Assembly: GCA_028534125.1 (NCBI GenBank)
Contig: CM052816.1
Span: forward strand, 35,590,001-35,654,000
Reading direction: 5' to 3'
DNA length: 64,000 bases
From: Lama glama
Lineage: Eukaryota
The translations under genes were made by a program, and so were the position numbers. Below are positions 1 through 10,455 of the stretch, piece after piece; position 1 is the first letter of the stretch, and each line of letters opens with the position of its first letter. The notes beneath the pieces are model-generated. The model saw only the letters and a list, made by a program, of their open reading frames with translations. It was not told where the DNA came from and did not search any database.

Positions 1-290
1 AAACCCAAACTTTACAGTTACAGGAAATCATGGGCAGACCCCTCCTGCCCTCAGATCCTTGACATCGGTGTCACCGCCACTAGTCTTTGAGTTTGTACAT
101 CATGAGCCCTGAGAAAGAGAGGGTAGGTCTTTTTTCCTTCATTTTTGTCCAGTATCTAGTACTGCATAAAATTAACAATTTACCCAATAACTCTTTGTCG
201 GCTGAATGTTCTGTATTAGTTTCAAATAAGCATGAGCAATTCAAATATCTTTTCCCCTGTATTTCAGATATTCTTATATCAACTTTAATA

Positions 291-370
291 TTATGCTGTA
301 CACCAGAAATTGACACAGCATTGTAAACTGACTATACTTCAATTTTTAAAAAAAGGAAAAAGAAAGAAAG
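291..370 (+). mobile_element. L1 3' terminus (artiodactyl/camelid type) with A-rich tail
   Basis: ttatgctgtacaccagaaattgacacagcattgtaaactgactatacttcaat followed by an A-rich tail matches the recalled cetartiodactyl L1 3' end. Confidence 0.8.
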
Positions 371-649
371 AATTGTTAGTTTAAGGGAATGAGGAGAAAA
401 ATTGTAGATAGAGAGTGCTAGCTGCTTCTGCTGCCTTAATACTTAAAAATGTTCTTTATACTTGTAACCAGCGAAGATAAGATAGACCTTTAAAATGAAG
501 TCACAAGTGGCTGTATATCAGCCCTGAGAGAAGTCAGCTTGTATCATATATAACATCTGGAGATTTATGACCCTTTGGAGAATGCTAGCAGAAATCTTCC
601 CATCTCACAACTGTATTTGGCTTTTTAAACTTTTTTGTTTTTTAATATT

Positions 650-995
650 AACACCTTTTTATTTGTTTATAAACATAATACCTATTCATAGTCAAATATT
701 TAAAAGATATAGAATTTGTTCACCGCCACTGGCATTCAAACATACAATATAACTGTTCTGACCTTCTGTTGAATTTCCTGTTAATTATGTCCGCATTTGT
801 TAAATGTATTATAAAACAAAGAGTTGGTGTAAACTAATAGTTATATTCATTTTGATATTATACAACCATTTTACAACATGCCCACTGTTGATGTAATTAT
901 CTTCATGTTGGGATATTAAACATTTCCCCCATAAAACTCTGTTGCCTGTTTAGGTCAATCATCCTTAAGTTTCTTTTCTGAAAAAGCAGATTTAA
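650..995 (-). mobile_element. Old L1M (L1ME-like) 3' fragment
   Basis: Degenerate resemblance to the antisense L1ME 3' UTR; boundaries approximate. Confidence 0.4.
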
Positions 996-1190
996 CTGAA
1001 CTAGGAAAATCAGAACAGTCTAGTAATAGTAAGAGCAAGGTCCTCATTGAACCTTATAAATGGGATCTTCAGTATCATTTATAAGCTTGTTATTTCAAAA
1101 ACTTCAATTATCACTGTAGCAAAATGAACTGTCAAATTCACATCTAGATTGACTCAGAGTCTGTTCACCCTTTTCTCTTTTGATTTCCAG

Positions 1191-1218
1191 AATTGTTTGT
1201 GTATTACCAAAGAAAACA
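1191..1218 (+). other. Candidate 28-nt internal exon
   Basis: ttttctcttttgatttccag | AATTGTTTGTGTATTACCAAAGAAAACA | gtaagt: pyrimidine tract with CAG acceptor, consensus donor, in non-repeat sequence. Confidence 0.5.
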
Positions 1219-3099
1219 GTAAGTTTATCTTATCCATTTGAATTCATAAATCAAATTCCACTATTCCTAATGCCTGATGAAAACTAGCATAATAAAAAAA
1301 ATCCAAATCTCAGGCAATGACACATTTTTTTCAGGTTCTCTGTAGTGGAATAGATTGTTCCAAAACAAAATTTTAAACATATTAATTTTAAAAGGTTTCA
1401 CCTACATCTTCAATCTTGAATATTACATAAAATAAAAAATATCAGGTAGTATTTAATAAGAATACATTATAAGCTGATGATGTATTAGAATTAAAATTGT
1501 GTATTGTATTTCTTTATGGGATCTGTTTACTTGACCTTGGACTTAATCCTATTAATTAAACATATTTTAAGAACTGTAATGAAAAATAAGATTACTGTAG
1601 GGAAATGAATTTCCATGAGTTTTGTCAAGGCTTCTAAATTGATAGATTTGCGTCACCCAGCCTGTCTTGTCCTGGGTGTGCTAACGAGCAGTCAGAGCCA
1701 GTACATGAAAAAAATGAAGGAAGAGGAGATTTATTTGAGCACATTTATAGGCAATCCATAGCTCAATGACTAGACACTGAATATCTGAGAATTGATTTTT
1801 ATAAAATAGCTTATTTTAAGAATGAGAACTTTCTCAAGTTCTTTTACTCCCAGAACAAAGACTGTTATCTTACTATATTTTTAGGACGATCGTCTAGGGC
1901 AGGCTTTTGATATAAATAAATGATGCATTAACATTGTATGCAGACAGAGTGTATATGCCAGCAGAAAACTAAATGGGGGAGAATTGTATGTTTATACAAT
2001 TCCAAGGTCAGTTCACTAACTTTGCTGAGCATCACAGCTGAGATTTTTTTTTCTTTTTTTGATATTTTCTTTTTTCTGTTAACAGCAGATATCCCTTTAT
2101 CAAACATTCCATAAATCTGAGTCTAGTGAGATAATTTTTTGTAATTCTCCCTTGGCCCATTTCTGTGCATGCAGCTTTGTAAACATCTAACAAACAATTG
2201 TACAAAACAACCTAGTAGTCTAAAATAGCTGAACTCAGAACTAAAAGAAATTAGTAAATAATCAAGAAAGAGAATTTTCAGTCAATAAATGTTTTTGATC
2301 GACTGAATACTACCTTTAAGAACATTATTGTTAATTGCCTCTAGGTCTGTTTTTTGTATCTTTTGAATATTGTGGCAACAATGACATGAATGTTATCTGA
2401 TGGAAATTGCTCTAGGATCAAATCTTCTTGAGTGGAAATTAAATTTACTTATCTAGTTAAAAACTACCAAAGAAGAAAGTCTTTACGCCTATTAAGACAT
2501 AATTGCTTTACCCTTTTTTTAACTGTATAAATAGGGTATCTAGTTTGAACTTTAGAAGGTAATAATCGTTTTAGCTGAATGCAATTTTGGTTACTTTTCA
2601 CTGGTTTTCGGCTCTCTCTACAGTTACTCAGTATTTTGTTGACTCATTCAGCAACTTGATCTCATGACAGTACCACTGTCAGTTACCCAGATTGTCTCTA
2701 TCTTTAGTTTCTTATATTAACTTAGATATCTTTTTACACTCTACATTTTAAATAGTTAATTAATTAGACACTGATTTATTTTTAAATTCCACAGTGACAA
2801 TAACCGGTACAAAAAGATCTTCATTATAAAACCTTGGTTATAATTTTATTATCCTATTTTGTAAACAGCAAATCTACCCAAAGTGGTATAATATCCTTCT
2901 GTTATGAAATATTAACCCATACAAGCTGAAGGAAAGCAATAGATAGTCATTATCAATTTACTATTACCTTTAATTCCTCCCCATAAATTACTGCCCTTTA
3001 ACAATAAATAAGATTTTGTCCAAGGAGACCCCAAGAGAATCACAATTAGGTAAACATGCTTTAAAAAAAATTCTTTTTTAGGAGATTACCCTCTAAAGT

Positions 3100-4330
3100 C
3101 CATATTGTAAGCTATAAGGGCCTGTTAATTGAAGATTTTAAGGATTCAGTCCTGGTGCCGGTGTTAGATTCCGTTCTGCATTTTCATTATTTCCTGGGTG
3201 ACCGAATAAAAGGCATACTGATTGAGTCTGGAGATTACACTAAGCTCACAGGGGTTACAAATGCTTGCAAAACTAGAACTAGAATTTAAAATGATCTTAA
3301 TAAATTATATAAATCACATTTCAAAAATATGGAACCAATTCAAGGTTATATCCTAGAGAGAGAAAAGCAGACTATACCGTCAGCAGAGAGAGGAAGGTTG
3401 TCTAAGCACAGAGAGGACGAAAAAAAGACTGTGAGCGCAAGTTGAGTCAGCAGAGTGTGGCCCACCCTACAGCAAGATCACAGGGGCCAGGTTTGCTCTT
3501 GCCAAAGGCACGTTTAGCTCCTTTGTGGACAAAATTGCAGAAAATTAAGACGAGGCCCACCTGGAGCCTGCTCCATGCCCTTGCCCCGAGGCCTTAGTGG
3601 AGGCAGCTGGTGAGAGCAGAACGGAGGGTGTAGCGTGTGCTCGGGGCACCTCTGAACAAGTGGCCCCAGAGTGTGGGGGCCAGGCCTCCTCAAACACCAT
3701 GCTTTCGGGGAGTGCATGAGGACTGACGGGCGCGGAGAGGTGGTAAGAGCTTGTTGGCTGTTAGCAAATCATGCTGTAAACTGCATGTGATACCAGGATT
3801 TAGGGAGTAAGGAAATAATCCTTTGTTATGTTTGGTGTTGTAAAAGCTTTTATTAAACTATTTTGTTGACTGTGAATTTCCACCTTTTAAAAGGAAGTGT
3901 GAAAATTGGAAAACGTCTGTAGAAGAACAACAGAAATGCTTAATGGGATGTAAAATAGGTCGTGTGGGGGGAAGATTAAAGGAGTTTGCTTGCTTAGCCG
4001 GGAAAATAGAAAGCTAAGAGATGACTTAATAACTGTCTTAGCGTACACAGAGGTTTATCGTAGGAAGGCAGACCAGTTCTCTGTCCCTACGGCAGGAAGA
4101 ACCAAAGAAAATTAGTTTAAAGTTGCAAGGGAGAGCTTGCTTCTACATTGGAAGGGATTTCTTGATTATAAAATGTCAATAAGCATTGTCTTAAGTTCCC
4201 AAGAGACATAATACAGTCTTTGAAGGTGTTTAAAATGAAATGAACACCCACTTGGTTGGAAGGCTTAAGAGCTGACCTGCTTGATGGTAGAACTGAGCCA
4301 GACAACCTCTTAAGGAATGGAACAGTTCTA
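3100..4330 (+). mobile_element. CR1/L3 LINE relic (RT region to 3' end), interrupted at about 3458-3750
   Basis: 3140-3166 translates KDSVLVPVL (cf. QGSVLGPVL). Downstream translates LIESGDYTKLTGVTN...RI*NDLNKL (cf. LIKFADDTKLGG...RIQNDLDRL). 3880-4320 resembles the CR1 ORF2 C-terminus and 3' UTR. Confidence 0.8.
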
Positions 4331-4494
4331 TCATGGTTATAAAATGTCATAGTCATCTTCCTTTCTTACTCATCTATAAATAAGATAAATTTAAGTTACT
4401 AATATTAAGGCTTTATTTGACAATGTCAAGAGATGACTTTGCTCACTGTTTTCCTATCTTTAAACAAGTACACTTCTTTATTCTGTTTCCTTTT

Positions 4495-4870
4495 GTTTCG
4501 TTTATTCAGCAATGTCTGCTGAGTGCCTGCTCTGTGCAGATCACTGCTCAAGGCCATGAGTGCTACTAATAACTGGACACTCCTTTATTCTTTCTTCACA
4601 AACACTGGGCATCTCCCCAGTGCTAGAGACTAAAACATGCTTAGAATCCAAATACAGGTGCAAAGACGGCTCTGAAGAGCTCACAGTCTGGTGAATGAGA
4701 ATAATAAGTAAGCAGAATTGTAGTATAATGTGCAGGCAGCTTGGAAACACACCAGACATAGTGGATGTATCTAATACAGCCTAGTATTTTTTGGGGGGGG
4801 ATTGGAGATTTTAAAGGGTTTGCTGAAGGAGATGACATCTGAGCTGAATTGGGGTATGGTGAGAAGGGAG
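4495..4870 (-). mobile_element. L2 fragment(s)
   Basis: tttattcagcaatgtctgctgagtgcctgctctgtgc ... gagctcacagtctggtg ... gaaggagatgacatctgagctga resemble the antisense L2 3' region. Confidence 0.65.
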
Positions 4871-5033
4871 TCCATTGTGCTCTAAAATGCCGGGAGGACT
4901 ATATCATATGAACTGATTGTTTCTACCTAGAAAGACACATAAAAGCATTTGTTTCATTTTGTCAACTAAAACGTTATTGATTCTGTCCTCTGCCCTTTCT
5001 TTGATCTTTAATAAAACAATGAAATCTGATTTA

Positions 5034-5632
5034 CAGTCAGTTCTGTTCTAAGGTGACATCCATGTTTCTAAATTCATCATGCTACACAGAAAATTGTAGC
5101 TTAGAGGAAAAAATGGGATTAGGGGCAAACTCTCAAAAACTTCATCAGGGACACACGAAATTTTAAAACATTGGGAACTTAATAAAAATGGTAGCATAGT
5201 TTTATGCCTCTTGAGTAGTTAAGGGATACATAACAATACTACAGTACTACATTGATGCTACAAAAAAATGTGGCAATGTACCTTAAAATAGACCTGGAGT
5301 TTACTTGTGGAAGTCAAGTCAGAGGGCAAAGCGGTAGAAGAAGGTGATCTGAAACCTGATGGAAAGTTGTGACGGGAGATGGGCCTGAATACGACTCATA
5401 ACTGAGTTATAACAGAGGAAGCGAAATGAGAAGTCTGAGATGTGTGTTCTGTAAATTTCTCCACAATTCAGTTCAGCTGGGTGCAGTTTTCTGCGCTCAC
5501 CTAGTGTTTCTCACCAAGAACTTGGCATAAGCAAACGTGAAATTTGCAGTATGCTCAAATTGTTCCCTAATATATCAGTTCTGTTGGAACAAATTTGCAA
5601 TTTCAAAACAAGGCTTACTGCAGAACTGAATG
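5034..5632. mobile_element. TcMar-Tigger non-autonomous DNA transposon (Tigger13a-like) with both termini
   Basis: TA|cagtcagttctgttctaa ... ttactgcagaactgaatg|TA: terminal inverted repeats flanked by TA. Subfamily name from memory. Confidence 0.75.
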
Positions 5633-5816
5633 TATATTGCTGCAAATTAAGTTCGTGATTTTTTTTCAATGTATTTTCTGAAATTTCTAACTCAGTGTCA
5701 TTAGAATCTATTGGACATATCAGGATTCCTCATAAATCCAGTTTCCTACTTAACTGGTGCTGATGTAAGTGACTTCCATTTCTTCCAGAGCTACATTTTC
5801 CTCTCCACTTCTCTAG

Positions 5817-5848
5817 CGGGAGCGTCCACAGGAAACTTGGCAGAACAG
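5817..5848 (+). other. Candidate 32-nt exon (60 nt if the upstream acceptor at 5787-5788 is used)
   Basis: cattttcctctccacttctctag | CGGGAGCGTCCACAGGAAACTTGGCAGAACAG | gtgagg. Confidence 0.35.
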
Positions 5849-7471
5849 GTGAGGGCCATGATAGTGCAAGTTGTGTTTTGCAATTCTGAGCCTCCATATT
5901 TGCAGCATTCCACAGGGAGGTGCAGTAACAAGGACAGTGGGGCTTTTTTTTTCACTGTACGAGGTAAATGGACAAAACTGAAAAGGAAAAATCTCAGAGC
6001 AATGAGGCTTTGGCCGTGGGTCAGTCTCCACAACCAGGCATGCAGAGAGAGTGATGCCTGCTGGAATCAGTGTTGCCTTTTGGTAGCGAGCAGGTGGATC
6101 CAAAGATCGGATCTCCTTTCTGCTCTCTTCTTGGCAGTGGGAAGAGGAAAGCCCCACTAAGGGCAGAGGAGGTAGCAGCTGGGGAAGTGGGTCAGGCAGT
6201 GTCCCTCATTGAGCTCCTGCCTCCTTTTGAAATATTTCCCTAACAAAAGATATAAGAAAGACATTTTGTTTTGCTTATCTATGCAATGTGGGAGTCTTTT
6301 TTTTTTTTTTTCTTCATCTAATTCAACTGTTCCTGCAAGAAAGGCAGCTCACAGCAGGCGAGAAGAAACAGTTTTGGATTTGGGTGAGGTAGCAGAGTCA
6401 TCACAGGTACCTGATGGTGTTGGTGAAGTGGCCGGAGTCCTCTTGTTCATGACAAGCCCCAGGCTCAAGGGCCCAGAGAGAGGGGAAGTGTCCCTCTGTC
6501 CATACCAACTCCTACATCCGACAGCGCTATGTAAAAATTGGGAGCTGAAGGGTTAAATTACACCAGATGATAAAATCCTTACATAGCCTCCAGCAAACAT
6601 TCAGCTGACAAAAATGTTATTGTATGTTCTCTCTTGAAAGCTTTAAGATATGCTTGGGTTAATTAGATTTCCAAATATGCAAATATGCCCTAGTGAGGTT
6701 TTTCTGAAATGCACCATTTTAAAATTATGTAGCATGGCATTAGTGTTCAAAATACTGAATTGTAAGACTTAGCCTGAATAGCTTACTAACATATCATATA
6801 AATTCATAATTGATCAAACCCATTTATTCCCCACTGTCCACATTATACTGTTCAAATTGGGTTAGAAAGTTTTATGGAAATTAGGTTCTCTGGCATGCTT
6901 TGGGGGAAGATCAAGGAGGAGTTTAAATTACAGCAGTGGTTCTTCAAAAAATGCCAATTCACTTGTCTGATATCAGTGTTTCCCACGTGCTCAGTTTGGG
7001 GAACACGAGGCTTCTCGAGCCCTGAGACTAGGCATCACCTGAAGGAAATTAGAACACAAACTTTGATCTTAAGGGGAAAAAATACGTTAGCAAGTGCATC
7101 TGAAATGGTTTCATTTTGTTCACCTGCTTGTGCCAGTGAATAATTCTAAGATTTCAACTTCTGAATAGTTTTCTTTTTTTTTTTTGTTTTGAAACATTAG
7201 ATTTTCCTTTAGAAACATGTCATTTTGGGGGGTGGTCTTTATAATCAGTTTTCTGGTGAACTGAAATGTTTGAACTGTATTAGTTTAAAAATCATTCTTT
7301 TTTTCCTGGAGAACGTTCTGAAATGCACTATATCCTTCAATGCTTTATTACAGTCTATACTGAAATATACTAAAGATAAGCCAGTGGTTTCTGAGTAATT
7401 CAGATGTGCTGTGCTCCCAGGGCCTAGTGAGGTGTGGAAAGCTATTGATCCATGCTGTTACTGACCTATAC

Positions 7472-7687
7472 CACAGGGTTGACAAACTTAGTCTAGAAAG
7501 GGCCAGATGGTAAATATTTTAAGTTTTGCAGGCCATGGAGTCTCTGTCACTGCTACTCAGCTCTGCGACTGCCTTAGGAAAGCAGCCATGAGTAAAATTT
7601 AGTGAATGAGCATAGCTGATTTCCAATAAAACGTTGTCATTGACAATGGTTGAATTTGGCTTGCAGGCTGTGGTTTGACAATTTCTG
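7472..7687 (+). mobile_element. MER58A (hAT-Charlie MITE)
   Basis: Matches recalled MER58A (aaagggccagatggtaaatattttaagttttgcaggccat...). 8-bp TSD acctatac (7464-7471) / acctaaac (7688-7695). Confidence 0.85.
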
Positions 7688-8369
7688 ACCTAAACCATTA
7701 TCTTTCTCGAGTAATTTATTACAAGTTCATTATTGTCCTTTCTTGATGCTTTGATGTTCGTCTGTTTCTTCCTTTAGCAATGTCTCACCCTTTTTTGTTT
7801 GTTGCTTTTGATGTGGTTTGGACTACAGGGGAAAAAAACAGAAAAACTTGCTTGTTAGATTTGTACCTAAAATAAGAATCACCAGACTCCAAGGGAAGGG
7901 GCACAGGCTTTCCAGTAAAGAAGATACCCAGGACCTTTACTGTGGCTTTCCTTCTCCATGCTTGCACAGAGGCCATTTTTATTTATTTCTAGGTTCTTGA
8001 ACAAATTGTTAATGTGGAAAATAAGCTTTGTGTTAAAAGAATTTTGTTGTAGTTCAGTGGGCTTTTGTAACTATACATCACATTCACTTAAAAAGTAAAA
8101 ACAAATTTTTCAACTACATTTTCATGGGCATAATTTAGTGTGTCTCGTCCAGTGTTTTTCATATTTATGAATAGTTTATCAAGAGTAACAGATGTGTCTA
8201 CTCTAAAAGAAGAGACTAAATTGCCTTTCAGATGAGAAGAAATTGCCCTGCCCTTACCGTGATCAGTGTACTATAATATCTTGTGCTTACTCTAGTTTAC
8301 TTTATTCACATAACTAAACTTTGTTTTTGAGTTGTTGGGAAATCTTTCATCTGCCCACATAGCTGAGCT

Positions 8370-8518
8370 GTTGAGAGCACTGGATTTGGGCTCAAAATGT
8401 AGCTCTAGCACCTATAGTTGTGTGATATTAGAGGCAAGTTACTTAACTTTTCTGAGCCTCGGCTCTTTCGTCTATAAAGTAGGGGTAACAAGGGTACCTG
8501 CCTCAGAGCATAGTTGTT
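8370..8518 (+). mobile_element. MIR SINE
   Basis: Core ggcaagttacttaacttttctgagcctcggctctttcgtctataaagtagggg. Confidence 0.8.
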
Positions 8519-8540
8519 CTGTTTCTTTGATGTTGCCCTT

Positions 8541-8718
8541 CTTTTTTTTCTTTGTTTTTAATTGAAGTTAGTCAATTTACAATGTTGTGTTAATTTCTGC
8601 TGTATGGTATAGTGATTCAGTTATACATACATATATTCCTTTTCATATTCTTTTTCATTATAGGTTATTACAAGATATTGACCATAGTTCCCTGTGCTAT
8701 ACAGAAGGACCTTGCTGT
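8541..8718 (-). mobile_element. 5'-truncated artiodactyl-type L1 with TSD
   Basis: Poly-T, then attgaagttagtcaatttacaatgttgtgttaatttctgctgta...cctgtgctatacag. 15-bp TSD tttgatgttgccctt (8526-8540) / tttgatggtgccctt (8719-8733). Confidence 0.9.
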
Positions 8719-9685
8719 TTTGATGGTGCCCTTATTATTCCTCCTCTTTCTCTCCTCCTTTCCTTTAGTGACATTCAAACCATAGGTTTAAATCTTACCA
8801 TGCTATTTAAGTTAGCATATCCCATTAAGGCTCTTTTTTCCCCCAGTTCACCATTAAAGCAAATAATACCTGATATTAAAACAGTTTGTTTCACTTTAAA
8901 ATAGGAGGCCACAGTGATACATGGAATATAGAAAGTGAGGATTTGTAATGTAAAAAGCCATCTCTAAGTACAGAAAATGTTATTTTATCATTTTCACTAT
9001 TATATTACTAGATATCTAAGGTAACTACATCTACTTTGGGATGCATGCTCAGTAAAATATTGAAAATTCTGTATTAAACAGGCCCTAAAATAAAATCTGC
9101 CAGTTCTGGGAGGTGGTAAGTTTAGCTGTCAACATTGGTCAGCCAGTTCTTCATACTTGCGCATCCAAGAAGTTCCAGAGATTTAATTTTATTACTCAAT
9201 TTCCTAGTTTCTGTTACCATAGGAATTTAGGAAGATCTAGCTCCCTAAGCATCAACTGTCCAACAGTTACTGTTCTGATAATTTCTATAGAAACATAATT
9301 CTCAATCTCACTGGTATAGACAGTTTTTTGTGTAACCCCCCAAAATGATCTAAACTCACGAGGACCCCAATAATGATATGAGTAGTCTAGTTGATGGAAA
9401 GTGTCTCATTGGATAATTAGGCAAATCAGTTGGTACCCAGAGCAAATTGCTTATTTTTTCCAGGCAAGAGTTGTCCCATCTTTAAAATAAGGAGATGGGA
9501 ATTTAGGTTTTACGATGACAGAGTAAAAACATTTCTGTACCCTTCTGTTGAAAATCATCCCACAACTAGGAAAAAAGAAACACAAACATAAAGTTCGATT
9601 ATGATTAAAGTAGGGAATTACCCACCATAGGCCAAAAACACAGCCTGTGAAGTTAGAAAGCAGATGGAAGAATGATAAATAATTA

Positions 9686-9824
9686 GAGTAACGAAAAGGT
9701 TCTGGAAATCATGTTGATGATTGTACAATCTGGTGAGTGTAACTGTTGCTGCTGAATGGTGCCTTTAAAAGTAGTTAAAATGGCCAAGTTTTAATATATT
9801 TTTTACCATAATAAATTTTTTAAA
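9686..9824 (+). mobile_element. L1MB-like 3' end
   Basis: gaaaaggttctggaaatcatg...ttgtacaatctggtgagtgtaact...ctttaaaagtagttaaaatgg...ttttaccataataaa. Confidence 0.75.
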
Positions 9825-10309
9825 GGAATGGTAAGTGATTTAGTAGAGAGAAGGGAGGTCAGACAAAAATGCTTGCAAGTTGAGAGTACCAAAAAACAAC
9901 TAACCAACTTGCCTCCCAGAAAGATCTCAGGAATGGGAGGTCACAGAGCAATAGAAGGTGAGGGTATGAAAACAGGGATTGCTTGAAAATGTGTACAAGC
10001 TGCAACTAGACTTTCTGATCATCTCCACTGTTCCTGATCAGATGACCTCACCACTTCCATCCAGGCAGGAGATGATGTCCTGGGGAAGACCAGAGAGTCT
10101 CAGGACTTGCAGGCTGCGGGGACTGAGGAGTATGAGGTACCACACTGAAAGCACACGTGAAAGTCTGGTAGTCCTGAACGTGAGCCTCGAGCCTCTAGCC
10201 TCTTCCCCTGATGAGCTCCAAATGCAGAGAGGGCTTATCCCTGTGAGCCATCTCACTAGAGTCATAGCTGATTTTAAAATGTGGAGCCAAGGAGCCTAAG
10301 CAATGGTTG

Positions 10310-10455
10310 AAAAGACTTGAAAGTCATTTCCTCTGGAAAGGAGGAGGGGAGGGCATGGGCAAGTACCCCTAAGTTTTTGACAGGCCTTTTATTACTATTT
10401 GATTTCTACATTATATGCATGCAAAACTTTGGGTTTTTAAACAATTAAAATAAAT
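10310..10455 (+). mobile_element. Old L1M (L1MC/ME-like) 3' end
   Basis: aagtcatttcctctggaaaggaggagggg...ggccttttattactatttgatttc...tatgcatg...aattaaaataaa. Confidence 0.5.

Noticed and set aside
5901..5927. CTCF-like ccacagggaggtgcag
   Set aside because: Several mismatches at core consensus positions.
5711..6160. 149-aa ORF and overlapping antisense ORFs
   Set aside because: TTG start, no recognisable protein; consistent with chance in a locally GC-richer patch.
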